In this document: piece after piece, positions 50,746 through 59,977 of the stretch
Layout: every line of letters begins with the position of its first letter
Numbering within the stretch: position 1 is the stretch's first letter
Assembly: GCA_964406475.1 (NCBI GenBank)
Contig: CAYORS010000001.1
Coordinates: 35,881 to 99,880, forward strand
DNA from: an uncultured Candidatus Saccharibacteria bacterium
Lineage (GTDB): Bacteria > Patescibacteriota > Minisyncoccia > Phycocordibacterales > CAIRYW01
Direction of reading: 5' to 3'
Length of the DNA: 64,000 nucleotides
Notes under the pieces: generated by a model
What the model was told of the DNA's origin: nothing
The model's input: only the letters and a program-made list of their open reading frames with translations
Database searches by the model: none
Made by a program: the position numbers and the translations under genes

Positions 50746-51660
50746 TTATTTTTGATGGACAGGGCAGAAATGTACAGACCTTCCTTTTAATATACGGCGG
50801 ACAATAATCCCGGTGCAGTGCTTTTTTGGACAAGGAGAATCTGTTTTTTGGTAGACGTTATGTCTGCCTTGGAAGACACCTTTTTGCCCTGTAATATCAC
50901 GATAATCACTTGTCGAGTCTCCTCCCAAAGCGACACCTTTTGCAAGAATTGTTTTTATGGATTTGTATAATAATTTTATATTGTTTTCTTCCAGATCTTT
51001 TACTTTGATAAAAGGGTTTATGTTTGCATCAAAGAGTATTTCATCAGAATAAATATTGCCAATTCCAGAAATTATGTATGGATCAAGAAGAGTGGTTTTG
51101 ATGGGAGTATTTTGTTTTTTTGTTAGTTGTTGTTTGAGGACTTTGTAAGTAAAGGATCTGTCCAAAGGTTCTGGACCAAGGTGGAGGAGGTGGGGGGATT
51201 TGGTTTCATCTTTTGTGTCAAAAAAAGTCACCTTTGCGAATTTGCGCACATCAGAAAGAACAAGATGTTTATGATTTGAGAGTGAAAAAACAAGATGAAT
51301 GTGTCGGTTGAATGGATTTGAGAGCGGACCATTTTTGTCTTCAGGTTCCCACGGATCTTTTTTGTTTTGAGTGTGTCTATATACACCATACAGAAGGTGT
51401 CCTGTCATCTTCATATGAATAAGCACCGTTTGTTGTGATGAGAGGCGAATGAGGATGTTTTTTGCTCGGCGTTTTGTTTCGAGTATTTTTGTACCGATAA
51501 TATTTTTTTTGAATTGTCTAAAAAAAGTGGGATTTTTTATATTGTCTTTGCCTTTATGAAGGGGGCTTTTATAATCGGTCCACACATCAGTGATGGAAAG
51601 GTTTTTGGCGTATTTGTTTATTCCACGGACTGTTGTTTCTACTTCAGGAAGTTCGGGCAT
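50746..51660 (-). CDS. mutM: Formamidopyrimidine-DNA glycosylase
   Basis: MPELPEVET, HMKMTG, GIGNIYSDE and a C-terminal zinc finger. Confidence 0.96.
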   Translation of the reverse strand: MPELPEVETTVRGINKYAKNLSITDVWTDYKSPLHKGKDNIKNPTFFRQFKKNIIGTKILETKRRAKNILIRLSSQQTVLIHMKMTGHLLYGVYRHTQNKKDPWEPEDKNGPLSNPFNRHIHLVFSLSNHKHLVLSDVRKFAKVTFFDTKDETKSPHLLHLGPEPLDRSFTYKVLKQQLTKKQNTPIKTTLLDPYIISGIGNIYSDEILFDANINPFIKVKDLEENNIKLLYKSIKTILAKGVALGGDSTSDYRDITGQKGVFQGRHNVYQKTDSPCPKKHCTGIIVRRILKGRSVHFCPVHQK

Positions 51661-51662
51661 AA

Positions 51663-52217
51663 TTATTTACTCAGCTCTTTGAGAGCCTGTTTGATTTTTT
51701 CTTCAGTTGAGAGGTTATCTTCTATATGTGACAGTGTTGTACGGATCTGGTTTTGATTGAAGCCAAGTGCTTGGAGTGCCTCAAAAACATCAAGATCGTA
51801 TGATGTGTCTGTCATATCCTCTTTGATTTTACCTTTGAGCTCAAGAACAATTTTTTGGGCGTTCTTTTGTCCGATTCCTGAGATGCGTGTAAGATGTCCT
51901 GTATCTCCAGTCTGAATAGCTTTTTTGAGGGTTGAAATACTTGAAACGTTCAATATACCTAGTGCTGTTTTTGGACCTATGCCCGATATACCAATCAAAA
52001 GTTCAAAAAAATCCAAAGCATCTTCTGTCTCAAACCCATACAAATCAGACGCATCTTCACGGATAATATGATGAATCCAGAGGTCTTTTCTCTCTCCTTT
52101 GTTTATATTATTTAATATGTCATTTTGTACATATACTCGATATCCCACATCTCCTACCATAAGGACAATGTGTTTATCTGTTTTGTGTTCAACACTACCT
52201 CGTAGTTTTGCAATCAT
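51663..52217 (-). CDS. ruvA: Holliday junction DNA-binding protein RuvA
   Basis: MIAKLRG, REDASDLYGF and ISGIGPKTAL motifs. Confidence 0.95.
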   Translation of the reverse strand: MIAKLRGSVEHKTDKHIVLMVGDVGYRVYVQNDILNNINKGERKDLWIHHIIREDASDLYGFETEDALDFFELLIGISGIGPKTALGILNVSSISTLKKAIQTGDTGHLTRISGIGQKNAQKIVLELKGKIKEDMTDTSYDLDVFEALQALGFNQNQIRTTLSHIEDNLSTEEKIKQALKELSK

Positions 52218-52277
52218 TATGTGGTAAGTATAAGTGAAATTGACGCTCAAATCCAGCCTTATTATAATAAGGCTATA

Positions 52278-52775
52278 ATGGAAGAACGATTTCATATTGT
52301 GCCTCGTGAAGCTGTTATGTCGCAAAAAGGAGAAACATCTCGTATTTTAGATGACTGTGATAAGTTGCTTGTAGGGACGTTACATAGTCCGCTTTTTGAC
52401 AATTGGGTAAAGGATGGGAGCACAAAACCGCTTATAAAAAGAATATTCCACTCCATAGAAGAGCTTCGTCGCGCAACTGATCTTGAGGAAGGGTATCAAA
52501 ATATTGAACATATTACCGAAATCGCTGCTGACTTTTTTGGGAAAGTCTCTGGCATTGTTCAAGATATTCGAGAATACTTTGAAAATGTTTCATATAGAAA
52601 TGCTCAAAATATACTCGAGCCAAATTCTCCCAAAAAAGACCTTTTTCAAACACCGGATGTTTTTGTAGAAAGAACAAATCAGGTTTTGGATTTAATTATC
52701 GGTAAAGTTGAAAAAGAAGTAGGTACTCTGAATCTTCCCAAAGAACCTCAAGAACAATATGAAGAAAAATATTGA
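52278..52775 (+). CDS. Hypothetical helical protein
   Basis: Open frame preceded by TATAAT. Confidence 0.6.
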   Translation: MEERFHIVPREAVMSQKGETSRILDDCDKLLVGTLHSPLFDNWVKDGSTKPLIKRIFHSIEELRRATDLEEGYQNIEHITEIAADFFGKVSGIVQDIREYFENVSYRNAQNILEPNSPKKDLFQTPDVFVERTNQVLDLIIGKVEKEVGTLNLPKEPQEQYEEKY

Positions 52776-52808
52776 TTTTTTTGTTTATTGTGCTATACTC
52801 CTTTCTAT

Positions 52809-53072
52809 ATGCCAATTACACAATCAGCAAAAAAAGCATTAAGAGCATCAAAAAGAAAGCATGTTTTTAATCTACGAAACAAAAAAGTCGTTGAAAATGT
52901 CGTACGAGAAATCAAATCTCTTGTTAAAAGCAAGAAAGTAGAAGAAGCGCGAAAGCTCCTTCCAAAGGCTTACAAAGCCCTTGATAAAGCAGCAAAGAAG
53001 AATACTCTCAACAAAAATACAGCTTCTCGTAAAAAATCAAAGCTTTCAAAATTTATTAAAAACTCAAAATAA
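52809..53072 (+). CDS. rpsT: 30S ribosomal protein S20
   Basis: MPITQSAKKALR, LDKAAK and NTASRKKS motifs. Confidence 0.96.
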   Translation: MPITQSAKKALRASKRKHVFNLRNKKVVENVVREIKSLVKSKKVEEARKLLPKAYKALDKAAKKNTLNKNTASRKKSKLSKFIKNSK

Positions 53073-53103
53073 AACAAAGCCCGCACAAGCGGGCTTTGTT
53101 TTT
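53071..53103 (+). terminator. Intrinsic terminator after rpsT
   Basis: AAAACAAAGCCCGC/GCGGGCTTTGTTTT stem. Confidence 0.85.
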
Positions 53104-53138
53104 GAGGTATTATGTGTTAATTTGTCTTTATACAAAAC

Positions 53139-53213
53139 GCTTCCATCGTTCAATGGATAGGACGCAACTTTGCGGAAGTTGTAATGTAGGTTCGATTCCT
53201 ACTGGGAGCACCA
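53139..53213 (+). tRNA. tRNA-Arg(GCG)
   Basis: GCTTCCA...CAACT-TTGCGGA-AGTTG...GTAGGTTCGATTCCTACTGGGAGCACCA. Confidence 0.94.
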
Positions 53214-53389
53214 TTTTAAAAAGCACAAGAAGTTCTTGTGCTTTTTAAAATGGTGCTCCCAAGAAAGTCAAGAGGACTTTCGTGTAGGAATCAAGGCCCG
53301 ATTGAGCATAATTTATGAGTTTACGAAATAAATTATCCAATCGGGGTACTGACCCTGTAAGGGTCGATAAGCGTACTCGCAGTTCTACT
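53214..53389 (+). repeat. Structured 3' trailer of tRNA-Arg (antisense end plus module A)
   Basis: Hairpin 53214-53250, TGGTGCTCCCA 53251-53261, inserted hairpin 53262-53283, GTAGGAATC from 53284, long stem 53297-53345, GTACTGACCCTGTAAGGGTC 53346-53365. Confidence 0.82.
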
Positions 53390-53485
53390 GAAATCACACT
53401 TCAAATGTATAAGCCAAGAATGTGAAAAGTGCTACATGTCTAAATCATACCTTTTAATAGTTCTTTTGTTTTGTAAAAGAAAAAT

Positions 53486-54634
53486 TTATTTAACAAAAGC
53501 CATAAAATATTCTTCATAAGTATACTTAATATCGTAATTAGTATCTTTTTTTTCTTCCACTAAAATATTTAGATCAATAAATCTATCTATTACTTTCTGT
53601 GCACCCGCGCGAGTAAAACCAGTAGTTTTCATTACATTTTTTGTGGTAACAATAGGGTGTTCAAATAAATAATTTAGAAGTTTTATCCCACTCTCGGATT
53701 CACGTTTTGAAAGAGCCTGTATCTTTGCCATATCCTTATCTCTGATTTTTCTAATTTCACCCGACGTGTCAATTGCTTCTTTAGCAGTTTCAATCACGCC
53801 ATCAAGAAAAAATTCCACCCACTCAAAAACTTCACCATTATCATGATAACCACTCAATTTGTTGTAGTATACTTTCTTGTGTTTTTTAAAATATGAAGAT
53901 AAAAATAGAACAGGTTTTTCCAAAACTCCTTTTTTCATAAGGAGAAATGTTATGAGCAATCTTCCGACACGTCCGTTACCATCTAGAAACGGATGAATTG
54001 TCTCGAATTGAGCGTGCGCGTATGCTATAGATATGAGAGGGAGGGTAGATGTGTCGTTATAGATAAACTTTTCTAAATCATTCAATTTATCCCCCATATC
54101 TGTATGTGGTACAGGAATAAATGTGGCGTTTGTTAAATTCGTTCCCCCAATCCAATTTTGACTTTTTCTAAATTCTCCAGGATCGGCAAAGTGAGAGGCA
54201 CGAGCACCATCCATAAGTTTTTTATGGATCTCTCTTATAAATCTTAATGAAATAGGGAACTCTTTCAATCTTTTGATCCCGTATTCTAATGCGTTGATAT
54301 AGAAAATAATATCAGAAGCATCTGTTTGATTATTTTCAATTTCTGCTGATACCTCTAAAGCATCTGCCATAGTTGCTTGAGTACCTTCGATTTGTGCTGA
54401 AGAAGTGGCGTCTTTGTATGAAAACATTCGGAGGAAAAACTTAATGTCAGGTAGTGTTAACGTAATCCCATCAAGTTTACCTATCAACCTTTCTGCCTCT
54501 GCTGCTTTCAGTAAGATGTTTTGGGGCACCGCAAAAAGCTCGGTTTTTGGAAAACTATCAGGAATAGATGCTGTATATCCTGCTGGCAGGCTTACTTTTT
54601 TGCATATTTTTACTGTATTCATTCTAGTTTGCAT
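53486..54634 (-). CDS. Fic-family protein with a C-terminal HTH
   Basis: HPFLDGNGRVGR catalytic loop; SSAQIEG inhibitory-helix motif. Confidence 0.93.
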   Translation of the reverse strand: MQTRMNTVKICKKVSLPAGYTASIPDSFPKTELFAVPQNILLKAAEAERLIGKLDGITLTLPDIKFFLRMFSYKDATSSAQIEGTQATMADALEVSAEIENNQTDASDIIFYINALEYGIKRLKEFPISLRFIREIHKKLMDGARASHFADPGEFRKSQNWIGGTNLTNATFIPVPHTDMGDKLNDLEKFIYNDTSTLPLISIAYAHAQFETIHPFLDGNGRVGRLLITFLLMKKGVLEKPVLFLSSYFKKHKKVYYNKLSGYHDNGEVFEWVEFFLDGVIETAKEAIDTSGEIRKIRDKDMAKIQALSKRESESGIKLLNYLFEHPIVTTKNVMKTTGFTRAGAQKVIDRFIDLNILVEEKKDTNYDIKYTYEEYFMAFVK

Positions 54635-54641
54635 TGATTAT

Positions 54642-54682
54642 TAAATAGATACTATTTTAATAGTTAGTATCTATTTAGTCAA
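54642..54682 (-). promoter_or_regulatory. fic promoter with an overlapping 13-bp inverted repeat
   Basis: TTGACT-N17-TAAAAT on the minus strand; TAAATAGATACTA-N10-TAGTATCTATTTA. Confidence 0.65.
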
Positions 54683-54812
54683 GTAATGTATACTACATTA
54701 TTGAATGCACAATCTCTATATTATAAAGTTCCTATTGAATATTGAAATAGAACACAAAAAAAGTACATAATCTACTCTGTGAGAGTTCAAAGATAAAAAA
54801 AGGGGGCAAAAA

Positions 54813-55280
54813 CTAAAACCCAATGATTTCCATAATACGGACTGTTGCGGGTTCGTGCATTTCTTCTTCGGGAATATAATCAAGCAAAAAGCTACGCACG
54901 TCTTCCGTGTCTACATAGTCTGTTTCTATAGTGATGATGAGTATTGGATTAACGATTCGTCGTGTGCGCAAGAGGAGTTTTGGTGCTCGAAACCCATCAT
55001 CCAAAACATAAAATGCTTCAAAATCTTCATAATTATAAATCTTATTGTTGATGCGTAGTCCTTTCTGTGTGAGTTCGTAGTCTACAAGCTCAGGGGGTTT
55101 GGCACCATTTATGATCATTGTTGCCCCAGCAATAATAAGAAAAAGTCCAAAAATAGTATTGCCATAAATAAAACAAATGATAGCGCTTGATGCAACGATA
55201 ATTCCCACAGCCCAAAACCAGTCTGTTGTCTTTTCTCGGTATTCAAATTCAAATCCTGTCCAACGCATAAGATTTTCCAT
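54813..55280 (-). CDS. Two-TM protein with a PH-like C-terminal domain (DUF5673-like)
   Basis: W...EFEY.EK..DWFW, two transmembrane helices, beta-rich tail. Confidence 0.75.
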   Translation of the reverse strand: MENLMRWTGFEFEYREKTTDWFWAVGIIVASSAIICFIYGNTIFGLFLIIAGATMIINGAKPPELVDYELTQKGLRINNKIYNYEDFEAFYVLDDGFRAPKLLLRTRRIVNPILIITIETDYVDTEDVRSFLLDYIPEEEMHEPATVRIMEIIGF

Positions 55281-55353
55281 AAGAATATTTTATCATATCT
55301 TTTTGTGATTGGTACAGTTTGATTGGAGTTTTGTCTTTGTGTATAGTAGCTAT

Positions 55354-56025
55354 ATGTCAAAACCGATACAAATAGAAAAATCATGGTTCTCTGTTTTGAA
55401 AGACGAATTTTCTAAAGATTATTTTGTTTCATTGAGAGATTTTGTATATCGAGAATATAAGGAATCGATTATTTGCCCCTCACCAAAAAATATTTTTAAA
55501 GCGTTTGATATGTGTCCTTTTGACAAGGTGAAGGTGGTGCTTGTGGGGCAAGATCCTTATCACGGCAAAGACCAAGCGACAGGGCTTTCTTTTTCGGTAC
55601 AAGAGCAGACACTTCTCCCACCATCACTCAAGAATATTTTTAAAGAAATACATGATGATGTGGGAATCAAGACTTTTGCTCATGGAGATCTTTCTCGGTG
55701 GGCAGAGCAGGGGGTGTTACTTTTAAACGCGACACTCACCGTTTCTTTAAACGCACCTGGCTCTCACCAAAAAAGGGGATGGGAAGAATTTACTGACAGT
55801 GTCATTGAAGCATTAAACAACAAAAGGGAAAACCTTGTTTTTATTCTGTGGGGTAATTATGCAAAAAACAAAGGTAAATCAATCGATCGAACAAAGCATT
55901 GTGTCATAGAATCTCCACATCCTTCACCTTTTTCTGCACACAATGGCTTTTTTGGTTCAAAACCTTTTAGTAAGACAAATGAATATTTAAAATCTAAAGG
56001 AATAGGGGAAATAGACTGGAGTTGA
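55354..56025 (+). CDS. ung: Uracil-DNA glycosylase, family 1
   Basis: GQDPYH, PPSLKNI, GVLLLN and HPSPFS motifs. Confidence 0.96.
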   Translation: MSKPIQIEKSWFSVLKDEFSKDYFVSLRDFVYREYKESIICPSPKNIFKAFDMCPFDKVKVVLVGQDPYHGKDQATGLSFSVQEQTLLPPSLKNIFKEIHDDVGIKTFAHGDLSRWAEQGVLLLNATLTVSLNAPGSHQKRGWEEFTDSVIEALNNKRENLVFILWGNYAKNKGKSIDRTKHCVIESPHPSPFSAHNGFFGSKPFSKTNEYLKSKGIGEIDWS

Positions 56026-56054
56026 CTTATTTCTCATTCTGACTAACATTTTAT

Positions 56055-56705
56055 GTGGATGTTTCAATACGAAACTCTCTCATAGTATCGAGAATAGATA
56101 CTTTCCTTGTTCGTTTTATGCACATACTCATTCCTCTGCTCGGTTTTGTGTTTACCATAGTTTTCTGGGGAGAGAAACAAAAGCTTCTTTTTCTACTCAG
56201 AATTATTTATGCCTTTATGGTTCTCAGTCCACTTGCAATTGTGTATCCAGTTTGGTCAAATGACAAATCGGTGGTCACCATCGAAAATGGTAAAGTAGCT
56301 TACCACCCTTTTGGGTATCCGAGGTGGTGTAAACCTTATTCAGTGTCTTCTGATGGAACTTTGTCCACAAAGGTTAATTCGATTGCAATCGGTGCGACTG
56401 ACCACAACATTGTTGGGAAGGCTATCTGTGAAGTGTTGGTTGAATTTGATATTTTAACTTACTGCACTAAGTATGCAAAAGCATCATACATTTGGGATTA
56501 TAAGCTCAAAGAATGGTGTGAGGAGCATAATGTGAGTGGATGGCAGATACTCAAAGAATGGGTGCAGATGGGGATGACCGAAGAGTCAAAACCACTGCTC
56601 ATTCAAAAGCATTTCTCTTTTTTGAAAGCATTGGGTGCTAACCCCACCATTGTTCTCAGATTTGATCCTACAATTGATGTGGGTGAGAGAGCTACAATCC
56701 GATAA
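56055..56705 (+). CDS. Hypothetical membrane protein
   Basis: Two transmembrane helices plus a soluble domain. Confidence 0.6.
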   Translation: MDVSIRNSLIVSRIDTFLVRFMHILIPLLGFVFTIVFWGEKQKLLFLLRIIYAFMVLSPLAIVYPVWSNDKSVVTIENGKVAYHPFGYPRWCKPYSVSSDGTLSTKVNSIAIGATDHNIVGKAICEVLVEFDILTYCTKYAKASYIWDYKLKEWCEEHNVSGWQILKEWVQMGMTEESKPLLIQKHFSFLKALGANPTIVLRFDPTIDVGERATIR

Positions 56706-56741
56706 TTGGTTTATCCAATATCGGTTTTTTTATTCTTAAAT

Positions 56742-56761
56742 CTGCAAGGGCAGCCTTGCAG
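56742..56761 (+). repeat. CAAGGG palindromic repeat, copy 1
   Basis: CTGCAAGG-GCAG-CCTTGCAG. Confidence 0.7.
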
Positions 56762-56771
56762 CATCACGTTT

Positions 56772-57050
56772 TCATTTGTTTCTGTATTTAATAATGTAGT
56801 GAATATAAATTATCAGAATGAGCAACAGGAGAGCTTGTCCTGAAAAAAGAAAGATATCATGAATGCCATAAAATTTAACAAGAAGAATAAGTCCTCCAAG
56901 TAAGCGAATGATTGTTCCACGCAAAGATACGTCCTCTGAAGATTTGATTCGTTGGATTTCTTGTATCTCGAGCACCAAATCAACACAAAACGCACAGAAG
57001 GCAACTATAGTGCCATAATTGACGATCAAATTTAGGATCTCTTTATGCAT
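56772..57050 (-). CDS. PQ-loop/SemiSWEET-like three-TM protein (PQ motif absent)
   Basis: KSSEDVSL loop after TM1, three transmembrane helices, 92 aa. Confidence 0.6.
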   Translation of the reverse strand: MHKEILNLIVNYGTIVAFCAFCVDLVLEIQEIQRIKSSEDVSLRGTIIRLLGGLILLVKFYGIHDIFLFSGQALLLLILIIYIHYIIKYRNK

Positions 57051-57071
57051 AAAACCATTGTATCATAAGGA

Positions 57072-57809
57072 TCAAAAGACGTGGGCGATTGGGTTACAAT
57101 CCGATAATTGATTTTTTAATTCCTGAAGCCGTTTATTAAATAATTCTTTGTCTTTGTATACATCATCTGCAATATAATATTTTTCATCCTCCTGTAATTT
57201 ATCCAACTTTTCCAAACCTTTTAATTTTTTATACTCTTTATTGAAAGTGGCGTTAAAGTACCAAAAGGCTTCTTTTCTGATATCTAGATCAGTATCTAGC
57301 AGGGCAATCAAGAGTAATTCAAAAGATTCTTTCGGTTTTAAACTATAATCGTTTTCTGTAGATACAAAAGTGAGCCCGAGGATCTCCATTTTTCCACTTG
57401 AGAGGTGATTCGGAGTAGTAGGATCTGAATCTACTGTACCCAAAATTGTTTTACAAAATGTAATATACGAATCCAATTCATCCCATTTATACAACACGAA
57501 TCCAACACGAACCTTCACATCTAATCTTATAGCAGATTCAAAGCATTTTTTAAAAACAGGGATAAGGTCTTTTAAATCAAATCTGAAAGCAAGATAGGGT
57601 AATTGCGAACCTTCGCATTTAGAAAGGTATATATTTTGAATTGTAATTTTCTTTGCGACCTCAAGCTCCTCACCATGCAGTTTTAAAGGAAGGCTCAAGT
57701 CATGTTCTCCACGAGCAACATACATATAGTCTTCAAAGTACTGTGTAATAAAAGCAGAAAATTCTGGACTTGGGTTTGTAATTGTGTTTTTTAAACTAGT
57801 GTCGTACAT
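57072..57809 (-). CDS. Hypothetical alpha-helical (HEAT-like) protein
   Basis: ALLDTDLDIRKEAF HEAT-like motif. Confidence 0.65.
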   Translation of the reverse strand: MYDTSLKNTITNPSPEFSAFITQYFEDYMYVARGEHDLSLPLKLHGEELEVAKKITIQNIYLSKCEGSQLPYLAFRFDLKDLIPVFKKCFESAIRLDVKVRVGFVLYKWDELDSYITFCKTILGTVDSDPTTPNHLSSGKMEILGLTFVSTENDYSLKPKESFELLLIALLDTDLDIRKEAFWYFNATFNKEYKKLKGLEKLDKLQEDEKYYIADDVYKDKELFNKRLQELKNQLSDCNPIAHVF

Positions 57810-57864
57810 ATTTGACTCTTGGGTTGTTGTGAGTATATCACATAAATTTATTAAAAATTAAAAT

Positions 57865-57885
57865 CTGCAAGGGTGGTCCTTGCAG
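57865..57885 (+). repeat. CAAGGG palindromic repeat, copy 2
   Basis: CTGCAAGG-GTGGT-CCTTGCAG. Confidence 0.7.
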
Positions 57886-57909
57886 GATAGATTAGGTATG
57901 GTTGCTAGA

Positions 57910-57930
57910 TTATACCCCCCAGGGGTATAA
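57910..57930. promoter_or_regulatory. CsoR/RcnR operator overlapping the -10 box
   Basis: TTATACCCC-CCA-GGGGTATAA perfect inverted repeat with C/G tracts, typical of CsoR-family operators. Confidence 0.85.
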
Positions 57931-57938
57931 TGAGATGT

Positions 57939-58205
57939 ATGCGTACAGACATCAAACACAAAACAACAAGACGACTCAAAATCATTGAAGGACAAATTCG
58001 TGGTTTACAAAAAATGGTTGACGAAGAAAAATATTGTATTGATATTATTATTCAAACTTCTGCAATCAAAGAAGCTCTGTCTGGGGTTGAGGACCTTATT
58101 CTTGAAAACCACCTCACAACACACATAGTCGAAAAAATAAAAGAGGGTAAGGCAGTGTCTGCTACAAAAGAAATTTTAAAAGTATATAAATTAAAACAAA
58201 AATGA
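57939..58205 (+). CDS. CsoR/RcnR-family metal-sensing repressor
   Basis: RRLKIIEGQIRGLQKMV..YCIDI..ENHLTTH. Confidence 0.93.
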   Translation: MRTDIKHKTTRRLKIIEGQIRGLQKMVDEEKYCIDIIIQTSAIKEALSGVEDLILENHLTTHIVEKIKEGKAVSATKEILKVYKLKQK

Positions 58206-59866
58206 AAATAAATAAATTTTATATTTTGCTTTTGGTTGTGGTTTTAAGCATCATAGCATTTTTGAGTTATTGGTTTTTTGCTTTACCTATCGCAAGCAAG
58301 TCTTCGGTAGTAAGCCTTAAAACCGGTGATACCTATAATCTTGAAGCCTCATACGTCACAAAACAAATTAACGGCAAAGATCAAAAAATGCTTGCTTACA
58401 ATGGCTCAATTCCTGGTCCAACCATAGAGGTAGAGCAAGGATCAGAGATTACTATTCATTTTGTAAATAACACTGATATGCCTGAGCTTTTGCATTCTCA
58501 TGGAGTGAGAATGGATAATGCTTTTGATGGATCTCATCTTGTTCAAAAAGAAGTAGAACCAGGAGAGTCTTTTGATTATGTTTTGAAGTTTCCTGATGCT
58601 GGAGTGTATTGGTATCATCCTCACATAAACGAAGTTTATGGTCAGGCACGGGGTCTTTATGGTGCATTCATTGTTAAACCAAAAGACAAAAACTATTTTC
58701 CTCCTGTCAACAGACAGGTGCCTCTGATTTTGTCTGATGTTTTGGTTGCCAATGGAAAAATGAGTATTCAAAAAAACACTTCAGACAGTACGCTTATGGG
58801 TCACTATGGAAATGTAATGCTTACTAACGGAGATGAGGACTATACTCTTACAGGCACATCGGGCGAAGTTGTGCGCTTTTATGTGATTAATGCATCAAAT
58901 GCACGACCCTATAATTTTGTGATCAATAATGCAAAGATGAAACTTGTAGGAGGTGATAGTGGTGCATATGAAAAATCCACATACGTGGATTCTATCGTGC
59001 TCGGTCCATCAGAGAGAGCGATTGTTGATGTGTTGTTTGATAAGGAGGGTGCATATAATATCGTGAACAAAACGCCAGACAGGGAGTATATACTCGGTAA
59101 GGTGGTGATTGAAACCGGCAACATTTTAGTCTCTTACAAAAACGAGTTTAATACTCTCCAAATCAACAAAGATACAATCGCAAGTATTGATCCGTTTAGG
59201 CAATATTTTGATAAAAACCCAGACAAAAAAATTTCACTTATTGTAGATATGATGGGGAATATGCGTATGGACAAAAGTATGATGCATACTCATCGTTCAG
59301 ACAATGCTCGCACAAATGACAGTAAAACAGTGAACCTTATGGGAATGAATATGACGATAGAACAGGCGATTGAACATTGTACGTCAATGCCTCAAATGGC
59401 TGGATGTGAACCATATTTAAATAATGATGATAATCAAACTTTGGTTCCTCAAAACACAAAAGAAAGTGATGGTATTGAATGGGAAGATTCTATGCAGATG
59501 ATGAATCAGATGTCTTCAGATAAAAATGTGCAGTGGAAAATTATAGATGATGCAACGGGAAAAACAAATATGAATATTGATTGGACTTTCAAAAAAGGTG
59601 AGCCTGTAAAAATTAGAATATTCAATGATTCCAAATCAATGCATCCAATGCAGCACCCAATACATTTTCACGGGCAAAGGTTTCTTGTTGTTGCAAGAGA
59701 CGGTGTATTGCAAACCAATCTTGTGTGGAAGGATACGGTGATGGTCAAAGCAGGAGAGACTGTTGATATTATTCTTGATCCATCAAATCCTGGTCAGTGG
59801 ATGGCGCATTGTCATATTGCTGAACATCTAAGTAATGGAATGATGTTTGGCTTTAAGGTAGAGTAG
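58202..59866 (+). CDS. Multicopper oxidase (CueO/CopA-like) with a Met-rich insert
   Basis: HSHG, WYHPH, HPIHFHG and HCHIAEHLSNGM copper ligands. Confidence 0.94.
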   Translation: MKINKFYILLLVVVLSIIAFLSYWFFALPIASKSSVVSLKTGDTYNLEASYVTKQINGKDQKMLAYNGSIPGPTIEVEQGSEITIHFVNNTDMPELLHSHGVRMDNAFDGSHLVQKEVEPGESFDYVLKFPDAGVYWYHPHINEVYGQARGLYGAFIVKPKDKNYFPPVNRQVPLILSDVLVANGKMSIQKNTSDSTLMGHYGNVMLTNGDEDYTLTGTSGEVVRFYVINASNARPYNFVINNAKMKLVGGDSGAYEKSTYVDSIVLGPSERAIVDVLFDKEGAYNIVNKTPDREYILGKVVIETGNILVSYKNEFNTLQINKDTIASIDPFRQYFDKNPDKKISLIVDMMGNMRMDKSMMHTHRSDNARTNDSKTVNLMGMNMTIEQAIEHCTSMPQMAGCEPYLNNDDNQTLVPQNTKESDGIEWEDSMQMMNQMSSDKNVQWKIIDDATGKTNMNIDWTFKKGEPVKIRIFNDSKSMHPMQHPIHFHGQRFLVVARDGVLQTNLVWKDTVMVKAGETVDIILDPSNPGQWMAHCHIAEHLSNGMMFGFKVE

Positions 59867-59867
59867 T

Positions 59868-59894
59868 TCTTTGTAAGGGTGGTCCTTGCGGAGA
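59868..59894 (+). repeat. CAAGGG palindromic repeat, copy 3
   Basis: TCTTTGTAAGG-GTGGT-CCTTGCGGAGA. Confidence 0.65.
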
Positions 59895-59977
59895 CAGAGA
59901 CAAATTACGATTTTCAATCTATCTAGGTTTTGTTGTGGACCAATTCAAAATATCTCTGTTATACTTAATGTAATACT

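Noticed and set aside
50746-50830. MutM zinc finger ending CPVH instead of CxxC
   Set aside because: A minor ligand variant with no sign of a new function
53214-53389. Trailer as a second tRNA, a tRNA intron, or a hammerhead/cobalamin motif
   Set aside because: The upstream tRNAs are complete, the antisense copy has no D or anticodon arm, and no CUGAUGA/GAAA core or B12 box is visible
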